A stretch of 64,000 bases of DNA from a virus. Position numbers and translations under genes: made by a program. The stretch spans positions 32,001 to 96,000 of the IMG/VR virus record IMGVR_UViG_3300017917_001336; one strand, written 5' to 3'. Within the stretch, counting starts at the first letter, position 1. The number at the start of each line of letters is the position of its first letter. Positions 18,580 to 28,800 of this stretch are shown piece by piece. The notes beneath the pieces are model-generated. The model was given only the letters and a program-made list of their open reading frames with translations. It was not told the origin of the DNA and did no database searches.

Positions 18580-20066
18580 TATATATCCGCCTTTAATCTT
18601 GCTTTAGGTCTAAGAACATTAGACAAGCTCTGACGTTGTTCTTCTTTGTTGTTACACAAGCTCAATTTCCATAATCCGTCTTCTGGTAATTTTTCTTGAA
18701 CAGAATTAACTATTGGTAATGTGATTAAAACTTTACCACTAACATTTGTTATGATTCCTGGATGATCAGCTGTTGCATAAACAATTTCTAAGTTATCTAA
18801 TTTAAACACAACATAGGTAGATGTTACATAGTTAATATTTGTTGGAATAACGTAGTTGTAGTTTGCAGGCACAGGAACAGTATCTGGCGGCAATTTAATA
18901 AAATCAACACCAACTGCTTGATTGTATATTGCCGCACTATTGTTAATAAAGCTAGTTTTAAGAGTTTGTCTAGTTTCACTATTTGGTGCAGGTTTCCCGT
19001 CAGTTGGAGTATTTGTCATAGTCATACGGACTGCATCCTCAACTTTTACCCATCTAGTGCTACTAAATCTAAATAATCTGTTAGGTAAGAAATCAGTACG
19101 TAAGAAATAATCGCCATCAACAGCGTTATTTGGAAATTGTATTCCATGGCCAAATTCGGCGTACCCGTTATCTGGAATACCGTCACCAACTAAGTATCCA
19201 GTATAACTTGTTCTTAAAGGACGTTTGTTACTTTCTAAAGCAGTAATTGAAGTAATACTAGCATCTAAATCATTAACATTGTCTGCTGTATTTAGAATAG
19301 TCTTACCTTTTTCGTCAACTGCTAATGTATAAAATTGTTCTGTTTGGTATCCGCTTAACGGAGCATCTTTTTCAGCTTCACCAATTGTAGCATCGTTAAT
19401 TAATAATTCTGTATTGTGAGTGCTTAACAAGTCGCGTAATGTTGTACCATCCTCAATAGGATCACCATTAGCATCTAATACAGCTTTACCAAGAATGTCA
19501 GCAAACTGCTGGTTATCAGTAATCTTTTTAAGTTTTAATCTATATAAGTGCGGATACCATGTAGCACTAAATCCTTCACTAGCACGGCCTACATCTTCAA
19601 TAACATAGTATCGAGGTAATCCTATTTCAATAACTTTTCCTGTAATCGGGCTAATGCTGTCAATTGCAAAGTTATCACGCAAGTGTGGTAATTCTAGTAC
19701 ATCACCGATTATAGGTTTACGTCCTATAAATTTAATAAAATCGTTAATATGCACAGTCATAAAAACTGTGTCATTGTCGATAAACAATCCAAACTGACTT
19801 AGGTTAAAGTCAATGTTTTGTACGTTGTAAATTCCGCGGATTCTGTAGATTTCTTCATCATACTTTCTGTCGCGATTTTCTAAAAACATCAAATCTTGTA
19901 TTTGTGTAAAATCTTTAAAATCTTCAGGGTTTCCAGTAGCATTAGTTCCTATGTACTTGTGCAAATACACGTCTGTACCGCCAACCTGAAACATCTCAGA
20001 TATCTGGCGATCTATGAAGGAATAATCCTGGCTTTTTTCTGGGCGGTATAATGATAATCGTGGCAT
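18579..20066 (-). CDS. T4 gp14-like neck/head-closure protein
   Basis: MPRLSLYRP start at 20066; GGTDVYLHKY, DLMFLENRDRKY, LSQFGLFI.ND, KPIIGDVLELPH. Confidence 0.65.
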   Translation of the reverse strand: MPRLSLYRPEKSQDYSFIDRQISEMFQVGGTDVYLHKYIGTNATGNPEDFKDFTQIQDLMFLENRDRKYDEEIYRIRGIYNVQNIDFNLSQFGLFIDNDTVFMTVHINDFIKFIGRKPIIGDVLELPHLRDNFAIDSISPITGKVIEIGLPRYYVIEDVGRASEGFSATWYPHLYRLKLKKITDNQQFADILGKAVLDANGDPIEDGTTLRDLLSTHNTELLINDATIGEAEKDAPLSGYQTEQFYTLAVDEKGKTILNTADNVNDLDASITSITALESNKRPLRTSYTGYLVGDGIPDNGYAEFGHGIQFPNNAVDGDYFLRTDFLPNRLFRFSSTRWVKVEDAVRMTMTNTPTDGKPAPNSETRQTLKTSFINNSAAIYNQAVGVDFIKLPPDTVPVPANYNYVIPTNINYVTSTYVVFKLDNLEIVYATADHPGIITNVSGKVLITLPIVNSVQEKLPEDGLWKLSLCNNKEEQRQSLSNVLRPKARLKADI

Positions 20067-20070
20067 AATG

Positions 20071-20092
20071 ATATTTATCGTAAGATAAATAT
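20071..20092. promoter_or_regulatory. Back-to-back late promoters forming a palindrome
   Basis: ATATTTATC-GTAA-GATAAATAT: TAAATA on each strand between divergent neck genes. Confidence 0.7.
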
Positions 20093-20108
20093 GAGTGGAG
20101 AACAAAAA

Positions 20109-20900
20109 ATGGCAGATAACTACCCGCAGGATCCAGGGCAATCAGATAGTTTAAGAGAAAGAAACGCAGTTTTTGACTACGTTAAGACTATGCTGGGCGA
20201 CGGCATGGTTGAAGTAGAGCTAGATCCCGTACATTACGAAACTGCTCTAGATCGTGCTTTAAACAGATTTAGACAAAGAAGTAGTAACTCTGTTGAAGAA
20301 AGTTACATGTTCTTAGAATTAATTCAAGACGTTAACGAATATCGTTTACCTAATGAAGTTGTAACAGTACAATCGTTATTTCGTAGAAGCATTGGTAGCA
20401 GAAGTGGTTTAGGTGCAGGCGGAACATTGTTCGAGCCATTCAACTTGGCGTACACAAACACTTACTTACTAAGCGGAACTATGATGGGTGGTTTAGCAAC
20501 ATACGAGCTATTTGCTGGCTATCAAAAATTAGTAGGCCGTATGTTTGGTAGTTTCATGGAGTTTAAGTGGAACCCAACAAACCATATTTTAACAATTTTA
20601 CAAAGACCATTTGCTCAAGGCGAACAAATTTTAATTCGTTGCCACAATCATCGTCCTGACTTTGTTTTATTACAAGACATTTATGCAAAGCAATGGTTAA
20701 GAGATTATACACTAGCAACTGCTAAAGTTATGTTAGGTGAAGCTCGTAGTAAGTTTGGTAGTATTGCAGGCCCAGGCTCACCTATTACATTAAATGGTAC
20801 AGCATTACTTACTGCTGGTAAAGAAGAACTTAAAGAATTAGATAAAGAATTAGAAACGTTAGTTAGTGGCGGAACACCAATGACGTTTATTATAGGATAA
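20109..20900 (+). CDS. T4 gp13-like neck protein
   Basis: LGDGMVEVELD, WLRDYTLATAK.MLG.ARSKF..IAGPG..ITLNG, PMTFIIG C-terminus; GGAG RBS supports start 20109. Confidence 0.8.
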   Translation: MADNYPQDPGQSDSLRERNAVFDYVKTMLGDGMVEVELDPVHYETALDRALNRFRQRSSNSVEESYMFLELIQDVNEYRLPNEVVTVQSLFRRSIGSRSGLGAGGTLFEPFNLAYTNTYLLSGTMMGGLATYELFAGYQKLVGRMFGSFMEFKWNPTNHILTILQRPFAQGEQILIRCHNHRPDFVLLQDIYAKQWLRDYTLATAKVMLGEARSKFGSIAGPGSPITLNGTALLTAGKEELKELDKELETLVSGGTPMTFIIG

Positions 20901-20904
20901 TTAA

Positions 20905-21588
20905 ATGCCAATTAAGGTCACGCAATTACCATCGTTAGCTGTAGTAGACGGAACAGTTGTTGTACCGGTAGTTGACGTCTCTGGTACTCCTATAAGTAAA
21001 AAAACAACAGTATCAGCATTTACAAATTACATACTTTCTGGTAATGCGGCTACTGCTACAAAATTTCAAACTGCACGTAATATTAACGGGGTTGCGTTTG
21101 ACGGAACTGCTGATATTACTATTACTACATCAGTTCCAGATGCTAGCACAACTACTAAAGGTTTAGTCTTAATTCCAGCAGTTGGTACTAGTGGTATTAC
21201 AAACTCTAGTGGAACAATTGGATTAGCAACTTCATCTTCAACACAATTAGGCGGAGTAATTATACCGGTAGTAGGTACTAGTGGTATTACAAACTCTAGT
21301 GGAACAATTGGGCTAGCAGTTGCTACTGATAGTCAAATTGGTGGCGTTAAAATTGGCCCAGGTATTAACGTCTCTATGGACGGAACTATTACAGGTCCAG
21401 TTAGAAAATTTCACGGATTCAGTGTTGATTCAGAAGGTAATTTAATATACTCTACAACACAGGATACTACTATTTCCCTGCAAGATCAATACGGCGAGGA
21501 CCTATATGAGGACACAGATATAGGAACAAATGAATATTCATATTCACTAGACAATGATGGTAACTTAATAGTTACTTACAATATTTAA
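20905..21588 (+). CDS. Fibre-associated structural protein with 30-aa tandem repeats
   Basis: IKVTQLP N-terminus, GNAATATKFQTARNINGVAFDGTADI fibre motif, repeated IP.VGTSGITNSSGTIGLA. Confidence 0.65.
   Translation: MPIKVTQLPSLAVVDGTVVVPVVDVSGTPISKKTTVSAFTNYILSGNAATATKFQTARNINGVAFDGTADITITTSVPDASTTTKGLVLIPAVGTSGITNSSGTIGLATSSSTQLGGVIIPVVGTSGITNSSGTIGLAVATDSQIGGVKIGPGINVSMDGTITGPVRKFHGFSVDSEGNLIYSTTQDTTISLQDQYGEDLYEDTDIGTNEYSYSLDNDGNLIVTYNI
21184..21311 (+). repeat. 38-nt exact direct repeat with 90-nt period (coding)
   Basis: GGTACTAGTGGTATTACAAACTCTAGTGGAACAATTGG at 21184-21221 and 21274-21311. Confidence 0.9.
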
Positions 21589-21600
21589 ACGGAATAAAAA

Positions 21601-24600
21601 ATGGCAATCACATCGATTAACTTAGGTAAAATTAAATTTAACTGGAAAGGTGCTTGGGCACTTGGTGTACCCTACGTCAAAGACGATGTGGTTCGCTATA
21701 GCGGTTCAAGTTATGTCTGTGTTACAGGACACACAAGTGCAACTAGTTGGGCTACAAATTCAAGCAAGTTTGAGTTAATGGCTGAAGGCACAACACCCAC
21801 TACTACACAAGGTGATTTAATTGTTCGCGGAGCAACGCAAGACGAAAGATTAGGCGTAGGAGATCCTGGCCAAGTGTTAACAATCGTTAGTGGTGTGCCA
21901 GCATGGGCTGACAACGGTGTTAATGATAAAATTTATTATGTTAGTCCAAGCGGTGATGATGCTAACAGCGGTTTAAGTTGGGGTACGGCATTTGCTACTA
22001 TTAAACATGCATGTGCTCAAGCAGTTGGACCTGCAACTGTTTACGTTGCATCAGGACAATATGCAGAACAATTACCTATTATTGTTCCTAGTTTTGTTGC
22101 TGTTGTTGGAGATAACCAACGTACAACAATCGTTGGACCAGCACCCGGCTATGAACAACAAACTATGTGGAAGTTAGGTGATGGTGCATTACTTAATAAA
22201 ATGTGTTTTATTGGTTTAACTGGATTTGTCCCGTATGCACCAGACGATACAAATATTGAATTAGCAACAATTGGTGGTGTGTATATCGCATTTGACCCAT
22301 TAGTTCCTATTGCTACAAAATCTCCATACGTTATTGAATGTAGTGCTAAATCTAGCGGCGGTGTTGGAGCATTAGTTGACGGTAGTGTACACCTTACAGG
22401 TATTAAATCTATGGTATTCCATGGATATACTGTTATCATGGACAATGGTGTTGGTTTCTGGGTTAAAGATAACGGCAAGTCAGAAATTGTATCATGCTTT
22501 ACATATTACTGTCACATGGGATATGTTACTACAGGCGGCGGTAAAATACGTGCCTTAAACGGTAACAACTCTTATGGTACTTACGGTTCTTTATCAAAAG
22601 GCTATAATTTAGGAGAAGCCACAGTTAACGGAACTATTTATGGTAACATGTTAACATGGCAAAACGGTACGCTTGCTGGAGGTAGTTTTAGTGACGGAGA
22701 AACTATTACCGGCGGCACCAGCGGAGCAACGGGTGTTGTACAAAATGTACAACCAGGTACAAGTAGAATTTATTACAAATCTTCCAATGCATTTACATTC
22801 CAAGCCGGTGAAACTATTAGCAATGGCTCTGGAGTAAGTGCTACTATTGCTACAGGTGGTGTAACTGGGCAAACTGGTGTTATATTAGTTGTTACTGGTT
22901 TAAGTTCTGAACCTAAACCAGGCGGAAGTATTGAAATAACCGGTGACACATATACGTATGTTATACAAAGTTCTAGCGGTTGGTCAAATTCTGGAAGTAA
23001 AGTTGTCATTGTACTAGCAGGCGAGAAATCTGCAATATCGACTGACGGAACTTCAATGAAGATTCGTTATGATTATTCTCAAGTTCGACTAACTGGACAT
23101 GATTTTTTAAATATTGGAACTGGCGGAGTTGTTACAACAAATTACCCAGGTGTTCCAGTGCAAGCCCCAACACAAGGTAACGAAGTTATTGAACAATTTC
23201 CAGGGCGTGTGTTTTATGTTTCTACAGACCAAGACGGTAACTTCCGTGTTGGTGAATATTTTAAAGTTGACCAAGCTACTGGTCGTGCAACACTTAACGC
23301 TAGTGCGTTTGACTTGTCAGGTTTAACCAGCTTAAGATTAGGTTCTATTGGTGCTCAGCTCGGTGAACAAATTAACGAATTTTCAAGCGATACTACATTA
23401 AGCGGTAATAGTAATTTAGCTGTACCAACTGAAAAAGCAATCCGTACATACTTTGGACAAATAGCAACTAATGTTGCACCTTCAATTAGCAACAGTCTAA
23501 CACTTGGTACATCTAGTTACTTGTGGGATAAAGTTTATGCTAATAAATTAATTGGGCCATCAACACTAACACTTGATCCTGCCGCCGAAGGCGACAATAC
23601 TGGTACTGTTGTTATTAAGGGTAATTTACAAGTTGACGGAACAACTACAACAATAAATTCAACAACATTAATTGTTGATGACAAAAATATTGTTTTAGCA
23701 GACGGTGCTACTCTTGATAGTCAAGCAGATGGTGCAGGTATTAGTGTATCAGGAGCAACAACAAAAACATTTAATTGGGTCGATGCTACCGACGCATGGA
23801 CTTCAAGCGAGCATTTAGATCTTGCTAGTGGAAAAAGTTATTACATTAACGGAACAGCCGTAGTAAATGCAACAAGTTTAGGAAGTGGGGTTGTAAGTTC
23901 AAGTTTAACTAGTGTTGGAACTTTAAGTAGTTTAACAGTTAGTGGAACAATTAATGCTAACGGTACAACAGGTATTGTAACATCACAAACAGGAACAGTA
24001 CCTCTATTCAATACAAATGCTACAGGACTAAACATTGGTGGTGCAGCCACTGCTATCTCTATTGGTGCAGGAACTGGTACAACAACAATTAATAATCCTA
24101 CAGTAACATTAGGTGCTGCTACTACTGTTAACGTAAACGGAGCAAGCCCAACGATTGCTACATCAAGCACCGGTACTGTAACATTATTCAATACAAACGC
24201 AACTACAGTAAATGCATTCGGTGCTGCATCAACTATTGCAATTGGTGCAACTGGCGGCACACTTACAGTTAATAATACAACTGTAACATTTGGATCTGCA
24301 ACTACATTTAATATTAACGGTGCAAGCCCAACCGTTGCTACATCAAGTACAGGTACTGCAAGTGTATTCAATACAAATGCACTAACTGGAAATCTATTTG
24401 GGGCAGCAACTACAATTAATGCAGGTGCTCAAAATTCAAGCAGTACTTTTAACATTTACAATAAACTTTCTATTAGAGGTTCAACAAGCGGGTCAGTAAC
24501 ATTCCAAGCACCTGCAACTGCAGGATCAGTGACTTACACATTGCCAAGTGCTGATGCAGCAGTATCGGGATATGCACTAGTATCAAATGGTGCCGGTACA

Positions 24601-25296
24601 TTGAGTTGGGCTGCAGCTGGAGCAACTATTGCAGATGACACTAGCACAACTGCACTATATCCAGTATTCAGTACTGCAACAAGCGGTTCACTAACATCAG
24701 CTAAAGTATCAAGCACTAAGTTTTCATTTAATGCAAGTACTGGTAAAGGAACTATTACAGCACTTATTGTTGGTGATAACACTACATCATCTGGAGCACT
24801 AGTTGTAGGTAGTGCAAACTCATATGCTGGTGGTTTAGTGTTAGGTAAACCTAGTACATACAGTGGATATATCTCAGCAACTGATAACTTATATGTTCGT
24901 CCGTATGCATCGGGCGGCGCAGGCAGCGGTAACATGGTTGTTGAAAATGCGTCTGGTACTGCACAATTTACAATGAATTGCAGTACTGGTGCATTTACTG
25001 CCGCTGGAACACTTACATCAAACTCAGATGCAAGATTAAAAACTAACGTTGAAACTATTACAAGTGCTCTTAATAAAGTATTATCACTTCGCGGAGTAAT
25101 GTATGATCGTATTTCATCAGGTAAACGAGAAGTTGGTATGATTGCTCAAGAAGTTGAAGAAATTATTCCAGAACTAGTAGTAACTGACGAAAACGGAATT
25201 AAATCACTTGCGTATGCTAATACTGTTGCAATGTTAGTTGAAGCAATTAAAGAACAACAAACTCAAATCGATGAATTAAAGAAGAAATTAGCATAA
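21601..25296 (+). CDS. Long tail fibre/spike with N-terminal carbohydrate-binding-like module, probable beta-helix and C-terminal S74 chaperone
   Basis: WKGAW..Y.KDDVVRYSGSSYVC; YYVSPSGDD..G.SW..AFATIKHA; SDARLKTNV...GMIAQEVEEIIPELV...LAYANTVAMLVEAIKEQQ. Confidence 0.8.
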   Translation: MAITSINLGKIKFNWKGAWALGVPYVKDDVVRYSGSSYVCVTGHTSATSWATNSSKFELMAEGTTPTTTQGDLIVRGATQDERLGVGDPGQVLTIVSGVPAWADNGVNDKIYYVSPSGDDANSGLSWGTAFATIKHACAQAVGPATVYVASGQYAEQLPIIVPSFVAVVGDNQRTTIVGPAPGYEQQTMWKLGDGALLNKMCFIGLTGFVPYAPDDTNIELATIGGVYIAFDPLVPIATKSPYVIECSAKSSGGVGALVDGSVHLTGIKSMVFHGYTVIMDNGVGFWVKDNGKSEIVSCFTYYCHMGYVTTGGGKIRALNGNNSYGTYGSLSKGYNLGEATVNGTIYGNMLTWQNGTLAGGSFSDGETITGGTSGATGVVQNVQPGTSRIYYKSSNAFTFQAGETISNGSGVSATIATGGVTGQTGVILVVTGLSSEPKPGGSIEITGDTYTYVIQSSSGWSNSGSKVVIVLAGEKSAISTDGTSMKIRYDYSQVRLTGHDFLNIGTGGVVTTNYPGVPVQAPTQGNEVIEQFPGRVFYVSTDQDGNFRVGEYFKVDQATGRATLNASAFDLSGLTSLRLGSIGAQLGEQINEFSSDTTLSGNSNLAVPTEKAIRTYFGQIATNVAPSISNSLTLGTSSYLWDKVYANKLIGPSTLTLDPAAEGDNTGTVVIKGNLQVDGTTTTINSTTLIVDDKNIVLADGATLDSQADGAGISVSGATTKTFNWVDATDAWTSSEHLDLASGKSYYINGTAVVNATSLGSGVVSSSLTSVGTLSSLTVSGTINANGTTGIVTSQTGTVPLFNTNATGLNIGGAATAISIGAGTGTTTINNPTVTLGAATTVNVNGASPTIATSSTGTVTLFNTNATTVNAFGAASTIAIGATGGTLTVNNTTVTFGSATTFNINGASPTVATSSTGTASVFNTNALTGNLFGAATTINAGAQNSSSTFNIYNKLSIRGSTSGSVTFQAPATAGSVTYTLPSADAAVSGYALVSNGAGTLSWAAAGATIADDTSTTALYPVFSTATSGSLTSAKVSSTKFSFNASTGKGTITALIVGDNTTSSGALVVGSANSYAGGLVLGKPSTYSGYISATDNLYVRPYASGGAGSGNMVVENASGTAQFTMNCSTGAFTAAGTLTSNSDARLKTNVETITSALNKVLSLRGVMYDRISSGKREVGMIAQEVEEIIPELVVTDENGIKSLAYANTVAMLVEAIKEQQTQIDELKKKLA

Positions 25297-26588
25297 TGGC
25301 AATTACACTAAACAATGATACGTTAACTGCAACTGCTCCCAGTGATACTACTATAGGGCTGACTGCAGGAAACCCTGCAGAAAGTGCAACACAAATACTT
25401 GCAGTTGCGCCAGCATCGGCTAACGGTCTTTATTGGATACAACCTAGAGGATCAGGTGTTTCTGCACAACAAATTTATTGTGATATGACTGGCGGAGGTT
25501 GGATGTTAGTAGCATCAAATAACGCTAGCGATACAACAATACCTGGCGGCACTAGTAGGAATAGTGCTAGCTATCAACTTGATAGAACTGGAGCTTTAGG
25601 AACAGCATCACCTAATAGCGATTATATTATAGGGTCAATGATTAATAATCTTGCATACGATCAAGTTAAGGTAGTTGCATTTGGAAGAGGATCATTAAAC
25701 GGATCAACTACTTGGTCAAGTCTTGGGACTTACATTACTGCAACTTGGTCATTAAATTCTAAGGGTTCTGATCGATTAACAGAAATTGTTCCTAGAGCAA
25801 ATGTCACAATTGGCGGGAATTCATCGTTAAGTTCAAGTGCGGCCTATTTTATTTTAGACGGAGTCAAGATTGACTTTGTTGCAAACGGTTCGTATGATGC
25901 AAACTCTAATCAAAGTACAATCGGCGGTGTTGGTGTTACTGCAAGCAATGGCGACCCAGTTGGCGGAACTTATTTAGGTCACGGGTCAACCGAAGGTAGT
26001 TACGAAGGCTGGTATGATTCTGGCAACTCTGTTACAGATTGCCAAGGATATACCACTTGGGTTAAAGACAGCACAGATTATTCTAATTCAATTATTATTC
26101 CAGGGGCATATACTGTATCTGGAGGTGCTATTACAGCACCAGGTAGAATTGTAAACATTACACGCTGGCAAAATTCTACAAGAACAGCTATTAGTGCTGC
26201 AACAAGTTATACAATATGGAGTCCAGGTAACGTAAACAAATTAATTGCTAATAGCAAATTAATAATTATGGGGCAAATGCCATTTAAACAGGCAGTTGAT
26301 GGAGAAGTTGGCGCTTGGTGGCAAATAGGATCAAGTGGTATACGTAGAGATGGAATTGTTCATACTGGTAGTGCATACGGTACTAACGATGTTGGTATGA
26401 AATATGCTTGGCATATTAAATGTTCTTATACAACTAGTGCAACTGGTAACTTAGCTGTAAGTATTGGATGGACTACAGCGAACAGTAGTTCTAAATCTCC
26501 AGGTAATATATGGAATCCAAATGCATCAGATGACGGTAGAAGCCAACAACATACAAGTGATTTAATGATAATTGAAGTAGCAACCTAA
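25296..26588 (+). CDS. Putative receptor-binding protein with fibrinogen-like (FReD N-terminal) motif and a C-terminal domain repeated in the next two genes
   Basis: NGLYWIQP...IYCDMTGGGWMLVA; C-terminal WWQIGSSG.RRDGI...NPN.SDD..QQHTSDL. Confidence 0.65.
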   Translation: MAITLNNDTLTATAPSDTTIGLTAGNPAESATQILAVAPASANGLYWIQPRGSGVSAQQIYCDMTGGGWMLVASNNASDTTIPGGTSRNSASYQLDRTGALGTASPNSDYIIGSMINNLAYDQVKVVAFGRGSLNGSTTWSSLGTYITATWSLNSKGSDRLTEIVPRANVTIGGNSSLSSSAAYFILDGVKIDFVANGSYDANSNQSTIGGVGVTASNGDPVGGTYLGHGSTEGSYEGWYDSGNSVTDCQGYTTWVKDSTDYSNSIIIPGAYTVSGGAITAPGRIVNITRWQNSTRTAISAATSYTIWSPGNVNKLIANSKLIIMGQMPFKQAVDGEVGAWWQIGSSGIRRDGIVHTGSAYGTNDVGMKYAWHIKCSYTTSATGNLAVSIGWTTANSSSKSPGNIWNPNASDDGRSQQHTSDLMIIEVAT

Positions 26589-26597
26589 GGACTCATA

Positions 26598-27161
26598 ATG
26601 GCATTAATTTTAAACGGAAGTAATAATTCAATATATCCTGATTCTGGAACAACAATAAGTATTGGGTCTGGAACAAATATAATTTCATCAGCATATGATG
26701 CTATTCCGTATGATCGAGGAGAAGTCATTGATGTTACTCATGTGCAATACAGTACTCGATTAGCATTATCAAACTCTACCTCTGTTACAATATGGACAGG
26801 ATCAATGACAAAACGAATTGCTAATTCAACTTTACACATTGTCGGTCAGTTACCCCATAGTTACGGTAACAGTTATAACATGGGTTATTGGTGGCAAATA
26901 GGTTCAAGCGGTTTACGTCGAGATGGGATATTCCAAAAACACTGGCACAGCGATTCCGGCCATAGTAACAGCGTAAAATTATTATGGTCTATTAATAGTT
27001 CATTTGCTACAACCGCTACTGGAAGTTTAAGTGTAAGTGTAGGTTGGGCCAGTTTAAATAACGGGGCAGATTCACCCGGCAATACAAATCCAAATTCATC
27101 AGACGATGCCGCAGGCGGCCAAACGTCATCGGATTTACTTATTTTTGAGGTAGTAAACTAA
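26598..27161 (+). CDS. Small fibre/receptor-binding paralog
   Basis: Shares YNMGYWWQIGSSGLRRDGIFQ domain with neighbours. Confidence 0.65.
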   Translation: MALILNGSNNSIYPDSGTTISIGSGTNIISSAYDAIPYDRGEVIDVTHVQYSTRLALSNSTSVTIWTGSMTKRIANSTLHIVGQLPHSYGNSYNMGYWWQIGSSGLRRDGIFQKHWHSDSGHSNSVKLLWSINSSFATTATGSLSVSVGWASLNNGADSPGNTNPNSSDDAAGGQTSSDLLIFEVVN

Positions 27162-27718
27162 TGGCTATAACAATTAACAATAATACTATTAGTAGTAACA
27201 ACGGAACTATAACTATCCCATCAGGTAAAAAATTATATTCTCCGGGCACTAATAAATTATACACTACTGGCAAAATAATAAATGTAACACAATTTACTAA
27301 CAGTAGTAGATCTGCTTTAAGTGCTTCAACAAGCACTACCTTATGGAGTGCAGGAAATGTTGTTAAAAAAACATCTAGTAGTAAATTAATTATCGTTGGT
27401 CAGTTATGTTTTGGAGACGGTGAATCATACAATATGGGATATTGGTGGCAAATAGGTTCAAGCGGTTTACGTCGAGATGGGATATTCCAAGATCATTATC
27501 CTTCAGACAGTTATTCTACAGCAACTATTAAATTAGGTTGGTACATTAACGGCGAATATTCTACTAGCGCCACGGGAAACTTAGCAGTGAGTCTTGGTTG
27601 GGCTGCTATAGACGGTAGTTCTAATACGCCAGGTTTAGTATGGAATCCAAATACAAGTGACGATGGTAGAAGCCAACAACATACAAGTGATTTAAAAATA
27701 TACGAGGTATTGACATGA
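27161..27718 (+). CDS. Small fibre/receptor-binding paralog
   Basis: Shares domain and exact DNA patches with both upstream genes. Confidence 0.65.
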   Translation: MAITINNNTISSNNGTITIPSGKKLYSPGTNKLYTTGKIINVTQFTNSSRSALSASTSTTLWSAGNVVKKTSSSKLIIVGQLCFGDGESYNMGYWWQIGSSGLRRDGIFQDHYPSDSYSTATIKLGWYINGEYSTSATGNLAVSLGWAAIDGSSNTPGLVWNPNTSDDGRSQQHTSDLKIYEVLT

Positions 27719-28062
27719 TTTTTAACAAAGAAGGTAAAAAGATTTATGAAATAGCAGACGCTCTGCGTATTATGGAACCAACTGCACAATGGCGAGTAGT
27801 TGGCGACCCCATGGATTTTAATAATATACAATGGGAGTCTGAAGACATAACGCAACCATCAAACTCAGCAATATCAGCTAAACTAGCCGAAATGCAGTCG
27901 GCATACGATGCTATAGAGTACCAAAGACAGCGTCAACCAGAATACCCAAGTTTAGCAGAATTAGCTGATGCAATATATTGGCAAAGTCAAGGTGATAACA
28001 CTAAAATGGATGCTTATGTTGCAAAGGTGCAAGCAGTAAAAGAAAAGTTTCCAAAGCCATGA
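27715..28062 (+). CDS. Tail-fibre assembly chaperone-like protein
   Basis: YQRQRQPEYPSLAELADAIYW...VKEKFPKP, a motif typical of small genes following phage fibres. Confidence 0.6.
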   Translation: MIFNKEGKKIYEIADALRIMEPTAQWRVVGDPMDFNNIQWESEDITQPSNSAISAKLAEMQSAYDAIEYQRQRQPEYPSLAELADAIYWQSQGDNTKMDAYVAKVQAVKEKFPKP

Positions 28063-28099
28063 TTACAAAGTCATGCAAGTAGGTAAGATAACTATTTGC

Positions 28100-28741
28100 A
28101 TGACACAATTAACATCTAAAGATCCGTGGACACCGTTAATATGGCACACTCACTTTGACGGTTTAGACTGGCAAACAATTGAACCAAAATGCAAATGGTT
28201 ATTATCTCAAATAAAAAGTAATAGCTACCTTGAAAAAGACGGCGGAACAAGCTCTGTTACGCTACAATCTAAAGAAGAAACTCAACCGCATACCTGGAAA
28301 GAATTTCAAAAATTACAAGAATTCTTAAATCCAGTAATCTCTGAAGTAATTAAACAGTTTCGCTTAATGGAACAACCGTACCAAGTTTCTAACAGTTGGA
28401 TAAACTGTCATCCTCCCGGAGCTTGGACAGCCGAGCATTGCCACAGAGGAATACAAATAGCAATGGCAATTTATTTGCGTGTTCCAGAAAACAGTGGAAG
28501 AATACTATTTCGAGATCCGTTAGAGTATCACTGGGCAGGAGATCCTAGCGACACACGAGGAGAAGCTGACGGAAACTGGTATCCGGTTGATGTTAAATCT
28601 GGAGACGTATTATTATTTCCGGGTTGGTTAAATCATAAGACAGAAGTAAATCAAAGCAACGAAGATAGGTATGTACTAACAATTAACCTAATGGGCCAAG
28701 TACCAATGCGCTCTCTAGTGCAAATGGGTGTATTTGGTTAA
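28100..28741 (+). CDS. Putative 2OG-Fe(II) oxygenase (TIGR02466-like, HxH type)
   Basis: SWIN..PPG...EHCH....AIYL.VPENSG.I.F.DP...GDVLLFPGWLNHKT..N.S..DR; start at 28100, 5 nt below TAACTA. Confidence 0.8.
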   Translation: MTQLTSKDPWTPLIWHTHFDGLDWQTIEPKCKWLLSQIKSNSYLEKDGGTSSVTLQSKEETQPHTWKEFQKLQEFLNPVISEVIKQFRLMEQPYQVSNSWINCHPPGAWTAEHCHRGIQIAMAIYLRVPENSGRILFRDPLEYHWAGDPSDTRGEADGNWYPVDVKSGDVLLFPGWLNHKTEVNQSNEDRYVLTINLMGQVPMRSLVQMGVFG

Positions 28742-28800
28742 TTAAATATTGCGTTTTCAAAAAAAGTGTTATAAACTAACAACTCAACTAGGAGATTCTT

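Noticed and set aside
18579-20141. Track start at 20141 for the gp14-like gene
   Set aside because: It would overlap the divergent gp13-like gene and its promoter; the ATG at 20066 fits better.
25296-27718. Diversity-generating retroelement acting on the fibre paralogs
   Set aside because: No reverse transcriptase in the window, and the shared patches are identical rather than differing at adenines.
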